Source: Tubiluchus corallicola
Taxonomy: Eukaryota; Animalia; Priapulida
Length of the DNA: 64,000 nucleotides
Direction of reading: 5' to 3'
Assembly: GCA_030141605.1 (NCBI GenBank)
Contig: JAQGDQ010000825.1
Location: 27,227 to 91,226, forward strand
Below are positions 53,684 to 64,000 of this stretch, in pieces (within the stretch, counting starts at the first letter, position 1; each line of letters starts with the position of its first letter). Made by a program: the position numbers and the translations under genes. Under the pieces are notes generated by a model. It was given only the letters and a program-made list of their open reading frames with translations. It did not search any database and had not been told where the DNA came from.

Positions 53684-55814
53684 TTAAAAATGTGTAGAAA
53701 ATGAGCGTTGTCTATTCAAATTTTACATACTTGGTGTTGGTCAAGTCTTACGGCTCTTTTCATTTACTGTGTGGTAAGAAGGCCTACACGTGTTGCTATA
53801 AGTAGTTTTTGTATTAATATTTATTCAAGTGACAGTTTTGTAATAAAATGCCTTTGATAAAAGGAATCGGTTCTTTTGTTTAATTGGCGTTCACTGTTCG
53901 GTTCACGAAGTTTTTCAAATGCGAATTAAAATCATCTCCAGTTTCAGCCCCAGCATGATTTCCAAACTTATCTTTGGAATTTGGCAAGTTTGGTACTACT
54001 GATTTTAGAAGTACTCGCTCATTGAATTTGTTATCGCTTTCATTTTAAAACTCAAGCGGTATGGAACAATGTCTAAAATCATCAAAAAAAAAACGTTTGA
54101 AACCCTTGAAATCATACTAGCAGTCCCAGTTGCTATTTATATACACATATGTATATACATATTTTAGTTGTTAAAAAACTTTCAGAACACTGTATTTAGA
54201 AATCTATTAGTACCAATTCTATGTGCTGGGATAATATTTATGTGGTGCTGGGTAAGCCACTGGCAAAGTCATAGGAAGTGGTGCTGGGTAAGCCACTGGC
54301 AAAGTCATAGGAAGTGGTCCTGTTACGCCACTGGCAAAGCCATGTCTAGAATTGTCAAATCTGCAAGCCACGTCAAGCCTGCAGTTTTTAACTAAAATCT
54401 CCAGTTTTTAATTGCATCAAACAAATTTGATAAATGTCGTCTCAAGAAATACGTACGCTTATTTAGTCATATTCATAAAAGAGGTACACCGATCAATTCG
54501 CTTAAACATTATCAAGATATATTTTAATATTTCAACACGAGGTCACATAGACACAAGAAATGAGCAACGTTATTGTAATGATGTTAGCAAATTATAGTGC
54601 ATCACACAGCAAACTAAGATGAATCAACTTTCACCAGTGATATACTAAGTAGCTTCAAGACGAATTTGCATTCACTTGTCACACAGACTTTAGGTATGAT
54701 ATGGCATTAACTATTTATCACACTACATGCGCTATGCAAAATGCTAAAAACGCGATATTTCTAGTTGTGAATGACACACGTACCGTGTCATCTGCCTGCA
54801 GTCATTAATGAACTGCAAATTATGGTGTGAAAGGGGCACAAATGATATTAATGACACATACCGTGTCATCTGCAGTCATTAATGAACTGCAAATTATGGT
54901 GTGAAAGGGGCACAACTAATATTACCAAGAGTCTTTAGTAACTGTCACTATTGTTCATTAAAATATTAGTTAGATTGTACCTAGTTTTGTAATTTACGAC
55001 TTACTAATGATGCGCACTGAAACGAAGATAAATGCATATTCTGTTACGAAATGTGGGTAAACAACGTCAACATAAACAAACCAAGCACCATCGATCAAAA
55101 GCCATAAACGAGCAAAGAATTATATAATTATCTACTATATTATCATAGGAATTTGAAATTGCACTCTGGGATATGGCAACAATGAACAAAAAATAAACTG
55201 GACAAACGTACAATACTTATCTCATGAAATGGAATGCACTCTTTGGAATAAAGCTAGATCTACCCTCACGTCAGCAGTATACATGATGATAATACTTATA
55301 TTATATGCTAAAGCAAACTGTAATACAAAAATTAAACATGTTATATGAATATGAAGTCGGTCAACTTTCTTTTAAAAACGCAACAGGAATACTTAATACG
55401 CAGAAAACTGGACAGAGTCTTTAAAGAAAGGATAAATCATATCGAATAGATTAGATACTCTCCGTAACTGATGAGACAGACTTCCGTAAGTGTCGCCTTA
55501 ATCACATTATACGCGTTAAAGATTTGAGAAACTGCCTTAGAAAGCGGTCCATAGAATGTGCTGGAAAAGTACGCTGTCGTTCGGGCACGTTTTTGATTTT
55601 AAATGTCAGTTATGAATTTAATTAATTATGAATAAAGATCAGTTGGGAATCATTAAACAGTGCAGCTAATTAAACGCAACAAACTTCTGTAGTGACATGC
55701 TACAATTCAAACACTGCTGTAATCAATTATAAGTTTATATATCCCAAATAATCTTAACAACTAACAACAGTTTGTATGTAAAGCTGTGTTCACATTCTAA
55801 CGATTCAGCAGCAA

Positions 55815-58800
55815 TCAGTCTTTGCTGAACAGGAAAGGAAATAAGTGTGGATTCTGGCTGGGTTGAATAGTTGCCGGTAGCGCCATCATTCCCGGTAGAG
55901 GGCTTGGCGCAGGCAGCCGATGCGACTGTTCTGGCGTAAACAGGCGTAGTTGGGCAGCGTGCTGCTGTGCTAGAACATACTGATACGCAAAAGGATTAGG
56001 GTAGAGCGGTTGTGGAAATATTGAAGACACAACACCCGGCTGTCCGACTACTGGAAACTGTTTTACATAACTGTCTTGCAACGTTGCAGTCGGTGAAACG
56101 CCCGGTGCAGTTAGACTATTATTAGACAATATACTGCTGCTATATGAATTAGTGGGTCCGGATGAATTTGATGATAAACTTCCCGTCGAAGACATTTCGT
56201 GTTTCAACTTTGACGATAACAACGAGTCTGCTATGTTAGAAATCCTACTGCCAGTTCTAGCTATCTTTGGTTTCACACCACTACATGTCGATGTACTCTC
56301 TTCTGATTTCCGCTTGCTTGCGAGCTCCACAATTGTATTTTGTACAGATGTTTTGACGCTTAAATCTTGTGGTTCGTCACATGCGGGAGACGCTTCTGTC
56401 GGCTCCAAGTCTATGAACTGATCGACGAGACGATTAACTCTCTTGTTGGAGTGAGCGGGAGGTATGTCTTTACTTATAGGCGAGGCTTGCGGATGACTAA
56501 AGCCAGCTGCGTGGCTTGCGGTAAGCGGCGAACGAGAAAGAAACGGCGACATTGTCCCTATGCCGTTGGCAAAACTCGACATGGGATGATACTGAGGCAG
56601 CAGTGTCGAAGGACGGACTTCACCGAGTTCTAGTGGCGTAAAGTGTCTGCTGTCGCTCCCATTTCTGTTCAATTGCTCCAGAAAGCCTTTGTGTTCCTGA
56701 CTGAGATTACTTTTTGGCTCGTAGTACGCCGAAGCGGCCGTAATATTAGCGACGCTGTGAGTTGTGAGCGGTTGCTTTGAACCAAAAGGTTTATTTTCAG
56801 CAAAACTGATAGGTTGAGGTTTCAATACATGCGCTGATGCAGTACCAGGTTTACTCAGCTGCTGGACGTTATGCGACAACAGCTTTTCTTTAGCCTAAAA
56901 CAAGAAATAAACATCGTCAAACATCTTTTTTGAACTTATACTACATAATGTACGAATCTCGCATTATTCGAGTGTTATTCACATTATACTGCTCAACAGG
57001 TTACTCAACACTTTATAATCATGATCACAGTTTTTCTTAGTTCTCGTTCCATTTCATCTTTCATTCACTACTCCCCCCCCCCACTCTTTCATGTATATAT
57101 TATCATTACTTCAATTATTAATCACTTCTTTAAGATTTCCACGTACAATTTGGCCTGTCAAGCTATGCTTTTAGGCTCAAACTGTATGCATCAAAATTAT
57201 TCTGTAATGTAATTTGCACATGTATATGCTGCATAAGAATCTCTTTTGTAACTTCTGGATAATATTGTATTTATATTTATATTTACTTCAGTGAAATTAT
57301 CTGTATTTTTATTATAACTGTTAGATGCAGAGTGGAAATGAATAAACTTATATACTTTCAATTACAAAACAGCTAAATAAGATGCTACACAAAGCTCGCG
57401 AAAATTATACATACCTCTTCCCTCGCAAAACGAAGTTCATTCCACTGCTGCCCTCTCTCCTTCAGTTTGAGTCTTTCTACCAACTCCCTCTGCTGGAAAA
57501 AAGAAGCATTACTAGCATCCCTGCTAAGCAAACGAAAAGCTGACAGGGTTTAGAAACAGTTTTCAATTTTCAGACGTCTAGTGTTGTGGAGATCGCTGGC
57601 ATTTATTAGAATTAACTAATGTTCCATTAGAATAATCGTCTTACATAGTAGAATGTTCTGGAAAGGAACTTCTGGAAGCTTCTCGGGCACGCTATATAAG
57701 GCGAAGCAGGCCGCTGACACACAGATTCACACGGACGCCACTTACACATTCTCTTGTATACTTGCATTTTCAGATACACTTAAACGTTTTCCACATTTTC
57801 ACGTTTACTGTAATCATTTCGCGTTCCTTCATACTTTTGTGTTGTAGAATTCTCGCTTAATAAACTAGTTTAATTTGACGAAGTGTTTTCTGGTTTTCTC
57901 TACGAGCCTTCCGAGAGAAACAAAACACAACATCTACGTATCCCATTGCTTCGCTTTCAGTTAAATTACGCTTTTGTAGAACTTTGTGAGGCAGTACAGC
58001 GACAATTAATACCAATCATTAAAAACAGATTAACAACGAATTTAATCTCATACTGTTGAAATTATTTACGTTAAAATTTAGTTTTTGTTTTCGTATTTTC
58101 TTTTAAATGGATTGCACAGGGCTACGTAGCAAAGCAAGCTGTTCGTTGTCAAGGCATCCAAAACAAAATATTTACCAGAATTTAGAAACAACATCGAAAT
58201 ACAATTCACTAGTTTGATAGCCAAAAGATATTAGATATAACATTAAATAGATAATCTGTAGATTCTTATATCATATATCTTTTGGCTATCTAACTACTGA
58301 ATTGCATTTCAATGTTGTTACTAAATTGTGATAAATTTCTTTGTTTTAGATGCCTTGATAATGAACAGTTTTGTTCGAAACCGTCGGCAATAAATTCCAT
58401 TTTGAAATAGTGACATTATTTTACTTGCCAAATATGTATAATACAATATTATATATTTAATTTTATTTAGTACAATTTCTAGTGTTAGTAAATGATATGG
58501 TATATATAAATTTTATAATCATTTAACTTTTGAACATATACAAGTGCAACTTGAGTTGTATGCATTACTTGGAGTATACGGGATAACCACTGGAGTGGTC
58601 GCTCCCGGGCGCATGCCTGGGCAAGGTGTATGAAGATCCTGAGTTGCCCAGACAACAGGAACCCCCTCTCTTCCTCCGTGGTGTAGTCCAAAGGAAAGGG
58701 GAGCGATACGTTTGGCACCAGGTTGGCTGCAGGAGCTGCCGGAGTCAGTGAGCATGCTGCACTTGTCCGCCTTCGGGGCTCCACTCCTGATTTGGAAAGT

Positions 58801-59170
58801 TTACTCCTCTACACATGGCCGTTGGGTCACTTGACCTCCGCCCTCTAGCCGTTGGCTGCTTGTGCAGCTCCTCTGCCTAGTGTCGAGATACAGTGTGGGC
58901 ATCCCGCAAGCCTACAGCACCTGATATTCCTAGGCAGTCACCCATCCAAGTACTAACAAGGCTCTGCATTGATTAACTTCGGTGATCAGACGAGAACGTG
59001 ATATGGCCGTAGACGCAAGCAACATAGTTATGCTTTAAATATAAAACTGTACCTTTAACTTGGCTTTGTCAGATGCAAATGGATGCTGATCAAGTCGGGA
59101 GGCTGCAGATTTTTGTGTCATCGCCAACTTGGCTTCATTTCTTTTGTGCATTTCATATGGCAACAGTAGC
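55815..59170 (-). CDS. ARID5B: ARID5-like AT-rich interaction domain protein, last three exons (5' part lies beyond the window)
   Basis: Exons 59170-59053 (xLLLPYEMHKRNE.., the end of the ARID domain; cf. ARID5 YERLILPYE), 57492-57415 and 56894-55815. Phases are consistent. The low-complexity S/P-rich tail carries a PQDLS (PxDLS) CtBP motif. Confidence 0.72.
57582..57932 (+). mobile_element. Solo LTR, copy 2 (ARID5 intron)
   Basis: TGTTG...CAACA termini with TATA and AATAAA. Flanks tctag/tctac match a 5-bp TSD at 4/5, suggesting BEL/Pao or Copia. Confidence 0.82.
58139..58430. mobile_element. Palindromic MITE-like element (~90-bp arms); a relative lies at 35900-36135
   Basis: ctgttcgttgtcaaggcatc...gatgccttgataatgaacag inverted arms; both copies share the downstream gtcggcaataaattc. 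Confidence 0.65.
58500..59014 (-). mobile_element. 5S rRNA-derived SINE (SINE3-like) in an ARID5 intron
   Basis: 58908-59014 on the - strand reads GTCTACGGCCATATCACG..TTCTCGTCTGATCACCGAAGTTAA...GTTAGTACTTGGATGGGTGACTGCCTAGGAATATCAGGTGCTGTAGGCTT, a 5S sequence with a ~12-nt deletion. It is fused directly to a ~350-bp GC-rich body and an AT-rich tail, with no T-run terminator after the 5S part. Confidence 0.8.
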
Positions 59171-60461
59171 CTATAAGCAACAAAAAATAACATTGTTGAA
59201 TTGCCAGGAAAGCTTTAAAAACACGGAAGCACATTAAAGACAATGTACAGTAAGTCCTCGCTTAACGACGCTAATGTGTTCAGGAAAACGCGACGTTAAG
59301 CGAAACATCGTTAAACGAAACCAAAACTTTGTAAAGTAAAAGTTTGGAAAGTAATGTAAAAGAATTGAGATGCGTTCCAGAGACAAAAATCAATGCTGCT
59401 TAAATCATATAAATTCAAAGTTTTATGAGTTTCTTTACGGTTTCTACTAATTAATGTAGATCACGTTTCTTTCTTTCCAAAAGTTCAGAAAAATATTTAT
59501 GAGACAAAAACCGACATGCAGATCGGCACCAGTTCCCATACTTTATACCTATTTGAGTCAAAAAAGCTTTCGGACAAAAGCTCAAGTTGCTTGTAAAAAC
59601 AATTAATGCATCATTAAAGGATGATTTTTCATATGCTATCCCATTTTCAATTCCGATAACAAGTATACGTTTTAACACAATATATACTGCAAACGCGTTT
59701 CTGATAATTAAATAATAGATTAAAAACTTAATTAACGGCAGGCGAGCCTAACTACTGATGACATCACAAATTAACATAATGTTCAACAGGAAAAATATTC
59801 TACGAGCGTGTTGTACGTGTTTGCGAAAACGGAAATTGAAGTACAGTGCTAAGTAAGATATTCCGTATGCTGTACTAAAACTAGGCAAGTTTTAAGATAA
59901 AAATTCAATTTTCAAATTTACCGCTGTGCTCACGCATGAGCTGTCGAACGTGCACAGTTCGTCACAGACCAACACATCTGAACTGAGAGGTACAGCACCT
60001 TTTTTGTGCAATGCGTTTCCGAAATGCAGACGGTAGTACCCGTCTGAGTAGCGAATGGTGAATTGCATGTAACAGCGAACAACTAGTGGCGCGAACACAA
60101 AATTGTATTTGTGTGCTAATAATTCTTTCACGTAAGTCATTTTTAAAATATTATGTTTCCTTTCAATATTTTAAAGACTAGATTGTTTTGATCTATAGTT
60201 TAAGATTGGTCCCGGTTTTGCTTTAAGACATGTCATTTGATGTTTGGATAATATGTCATGTTTCAGGTGGCACCAGAAGAGAAAAGTATAGAAAGAAAGA
60301 ACTACAAAACTGTTTCAGGAAAATGATTCAATTTTTTAGCAAGGTTAAACCAAGAAAATTTACCGGAATACGAAATTACAGGGTTTTATAAAACGTGTCA
60401 GCCCTACTGGACCCCTAACAGTAAACACATCTCTCATTCTAAAACAATAATTACACTTTTC

Positions 60462-61186
60462 TACACTCATATCTCGGTTTGCCGGACAAAAGCAGGGAGA
60501 CGTCGGTCCAAATTTGCCGATTGTCCATACACTCATATCTCGGTTTGCCGGACAAAAGCAGGGAGACGTCGGTCCAAATTTGCCGACTGTCCGTACACTC
60601 ATATCTCGGTTTGCCGGACAAAAGCAGGGAGACATCGGTCCAAATTTGCCGATTGTCCGTACACCCATATCTCGGTTTGCCGGACAAAAGCAGGGAGACG
60701 TCGGTCCAAATTTGCCGACTGTCCGTACACTCATATCTCGGTTTGCCGGACAAAAGCAGGGAGACATCGGTCCAAATTTGCCGATTGTCCGTACACCCAT
60801 ATCTCGGTTTGCCGGACAAAAGCAGGGAGACGTCGGTCCAAATTTGCCGACTGTCCGTACACTCATATCTCGGTTTGCCGGACAAAAGCAGGGAGACATC
60901 GGTCCAAATTTGCCGATTGTCCGTACACCCATATCTCGGTTTGCCGGACAAAAGCAGGGAGACGTCGGTCCAAATTTGCCGACTGTCCGTACACTCATAT
61001 CTCGGTTTGCCGGACAAAAGCAGGGAGACATCGGTCCAAATTTGCCGATTGTCTGTACACTCATATCTCGGTTTGCCGGACAAAAGCAGGGAGACGTCGG
61101 TCCAAATTTGCCGACTGTCAGTACACTCATATCTCGGTTTGCCGGACAAAAGCAGGGAGACGTCGGTCCGAATTTGCCGATTGTCG
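60462..61186. repeat. 66-bp minisatellite, 11 copies, with alternating variants
   Basis: Unit tacactcatatctcggtttgccggacaaaagcagggagac(g/a)tcggtccaaatttgccga(c/t)tgtccg. Confidence 0.97.
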
Positions 61187-62295
61187 ATATTTACCGATAC
61201 TAAGCTCTAAATACAGTAGGTGCTGTGTATTCCACTCACCATAATGTAGAATCAATTGCCTAATTGCCTGAAAAATGTCTAGTACGGGCCGCTTCTATGT
61301 AAAAGTATGTAAAAACTGTTGGCTCTTGACTCAAATAATTCCGCATAATTAACTCTATATACTAATTGATCAATCAGTAACAACTAAATTCTGTTCTTAA
61401 TGCCAACTTTTCTCGGATAAGTTCAAGTGTCTGATTTGCAAGTGACTCTTGACTGCAAAACTGCCATGTTAAGAAATGTGTGCTTGCATAACAAAATCGT
61501 CTATAAGTCGGCAATTAAGCTTTTCTAGTTATTCACATATTCTGAATCTCCATTTGATGAGGATCATTTTGATACCAAGTTCATCTCTCTATGTTATTTC
61601 TAAGCTAAGATAATTTACGTTGAAGTTGAGGTGCAGGCTGCACACTGGAAAACATAATTTTGAGAAAATCACTGTTGAAGTTAGCCATTGTTTTTTGTCG
61701 CGTTTCTACAAAACACTTAGAAACCACACAAATGTTGGTTGCTACGGACTTTGCAAAAACACATTGAAGTCACGTTTAAATCAAGCAGATGGCTCTTTCT
61801 AACGAAAATCTGAGCTTGGCAACAGAAAAAACCCAAAGCAAAATGACATCTTCCATGAGCTGCTATCACAGTTTGAAAATACAAGTTTTTTTACAATAGC
61901 AGTACTAGTTTCTAGGCAGGAAAGTGGGTACGGGGTTATATAATAAGATTTTTAGTATTTTTGAACGTTTTCTTGATAATTTGATGCCAGAATATAAAAG
62001 TCTGATATATTTAACGTTTGTTTAAAAAGAACAAAAAACTGACTTTTGGTCAAATTTTTGGTGCATTCTACTTCGAATCATCATAACGTAGTTCTAACCA
62101 TGCCGACTTATGGACGGTTTTGGCTTGCAAGTACACTTGTTATTTTCTTCTAAATCTAAAAATTCAAAAAATGCCAAACAGTAGTCATTAGAAAGGGCCT
62201 TAAGCAGGTAGACATCATGACAAGAGAAAACAGAGCAAAAGAAAAGGAGAGAGAGAAAAAGGGAGGGAGAGGAGAGAGAGAGAGAGAGAGAGAGA

Positions 62296-64000
62296 TTTGA
62301 TTTGATTTATTTTTTGATTTAACTCTTTATTTCGAACCAAGTTCATAGAATATATAACATACAATAATTACAAGACATACAATAAGTACAAGACATAAAA
62401 TAATTACAACACCTCCTCTCAACACATGCAAATTAATACATAAATAAATAAAATAACAGTACAATATATATATATATACAATATCATGCTTCCAGCCTGG
62501 ATCGTTACCCATAATTTCTACCTAACACTTTCCTCCATTGGTCTCTTATGTCTGAAGTGTAAAAAGCTTCACTGTTATTCAATGCGTTTATGAGAAGATT
62601 TGAGCTTTGCATTACTCTAATGTATAGACTGTATGCAGTTTTCCTATGTATTACATCAAAGTAAAAAACATCGTGGTCTACTGAAATGGTCCTAGAACTA
62701 TAATCATATGGGTAGTTGAAAAGTTTGCGTTTTGAAATATTGTGAGCTACTTTAAGTTTGCTGAGACTGTAGTTATAAAAATGTCGCCAGGTGGCCATAC
62801 CGTAGAAAGAATTACAATAAGAGTTGAACAGATGAGTTTTGACATTAGGTGAACAATGATGAAATTTTCTAAGAATACGGTTCGCTCTAGCACAAAACAG
62901 ACTTCGTTGTCTGATAACATCCATGTCGTCTTTGTTATCACTGGTGATAATATGGCCAAGATACTTTTCTGTTTCACACGGTATAATTATTTTACCGGCT
63001 ACCTCAAGTGAACTGAAATTGAACCCACACATACTGGGGGGTGTAATTGTTATGAGTTTAGTCTTGTCGACGTTTATTACTATGTCATGACTATTTGTGT
63101 ATTCAACATACATATCAACTAAAGTTTGTAAAGCAGTGGTAGTGGATGCTAGTAAACATCCATCATCAGCAAACATAAGGTGATTTATATAAGTACCACC
63201 TATCTGACAACCTAGACCGGTAGATGTGAGGTCAGAACTCAAGTCTCTGAAATATAAATTAAATAGTATGGGTGACATTTTTGCACCCTGCCGAACACCA
63301 TTTGCGACTTTAAATGTGCTAGAGCAAAAATTTCCCCACCTCACAAACATGGTTTGTCGAGAGTAGTAAAAGGCTAATAATCTTATAATAATGTTAGGCA
63401 TATCAGTATCGACCAGTTTTAGAAACATTTTGTAGTAATTTACCCGGTCAAAAGCTTTAGATGCATCTAAGAACAATATGTGTACTGGACTCTGGCGTTG
63501 AATGTAATAGTCGATAACTTCTTTCATGGTATACAAACACATTTCTGTACCCAATTCATCCACGTAACCAAACTGATTTGGTGTTGATTGAATTGAGTTA
63601 CCGTATCTGCTTAAAAACAAAATTTCTAATAATTTGCTCGACACTGTGGATAGTGCTATTGGCCTATAATTATTCTTGGCTGTAATTTCCTTATTTTTGT
63701 CTTTTACAATCGGTACAATGACAGACAACATTAGAGAGTCAGGCAAAAAACAATGTATGACACAAGCGCTATATAAAAGTGATAATTCTATTGGCAGCAT
63801 ATGTGAAGCAAACCTAAAGTGCTCCGATTTAATTGCATCATTTTCAGCCGATTTGTGCAGAGATAGTTTTGAAATGGCCTCTTGCACTTCTCTCACAGTG
63901 AAAGAACTCACAATACCCATATTATTACCTAACTTCAAGTCTAATTTTGCCGCAAGGTCACCGTTATTTGCAGAATTTAAAATCTTTTTGTAGTGCTTCC
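62296..64000 (-). mobile_element. Non-LTR retrotransposon (RTE-X/CR1-like) with an uninterrupted reverse transcriptase ORF (62505 to the window edge) and 3' UTR
   Basis: RT motifs NYRPIALS, QFGY, FLDASKAFDRV, GVRQGAKMSPILFNLY, LMFADD and YLGHII. The frame stays open to 64000. The 3' UTR has AATAAA and an (AAATC)n-like tail next to (GA)n. Confidence 0.9.

Noticed and set aside
47668-57932. A single 10-kb LTR retrotransposon bounded by the two LTRs
   Set aside because: There is no gag/pol or PBS/PPT, the interior holds host exons, the LTRs differ by indels, and each has its own TSD.
58908-59014. Functional 5S rRNA gene
   Set aside because: It has an internal deletion and substitutions, no oligo-T terminator, and is fused to an unrelated body. 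A SINE head or pseudogene fits better.
61240-61267. Possible 28-bp ARID5 micro-exon (CAG|...|GTGAGT on the - strand)
   Set aside because: The phase needed to join exon 59170 gives an immediate TAG stop, and there is no ARID similarity.

Overview
AT-rich invertebrate animal genomic DNA (spliceosomal GT-AG introns; probably a lophotrochozoan, which is an inference), not prokaryotic. I assembled five host genes by reading splice junctions and checking phase. They are: the first coding exon and SRE/CRE promoter of a probable Egr immediate-early gene (-, with a >13.8 kb intron running off the left edge); NRBF2 (+, 3 exons, 259 aa); RNF103 (-, 5 exons, 709 aa); RMND5/Gid2 (+, 9 exons, 391 aa), head-to-head with RNF103; and the last three exons of an ARID5-like gene (-). 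This order joins two vertebrate neighbourhoods (EGR2-NRBF2-ARID5B and RNF103-RMND5A) and looks like an ancient microsyntenic block. Introns and intergenic DNA are full of LINE fragments, one long intact RT ORF, tRNA- and 5S-derived SINEs, two solo LTRs, hAT/Tigger/TTAA-type MITEs, minisatellites and compound microsatellites. Most long ORFs in the supplied track are translations of repeats. I found no CRISPR array and no novel protein system. The most unusual signals are non-coding: an 8x tandemly amplified exon end plus splice donor in RMND5, twin long hairpins sharing a loop motif, transposon-end-derived satellites, and a dense CRE/ETS/EGR cluster deep in the Egr intron. All identities were estimated by eye.
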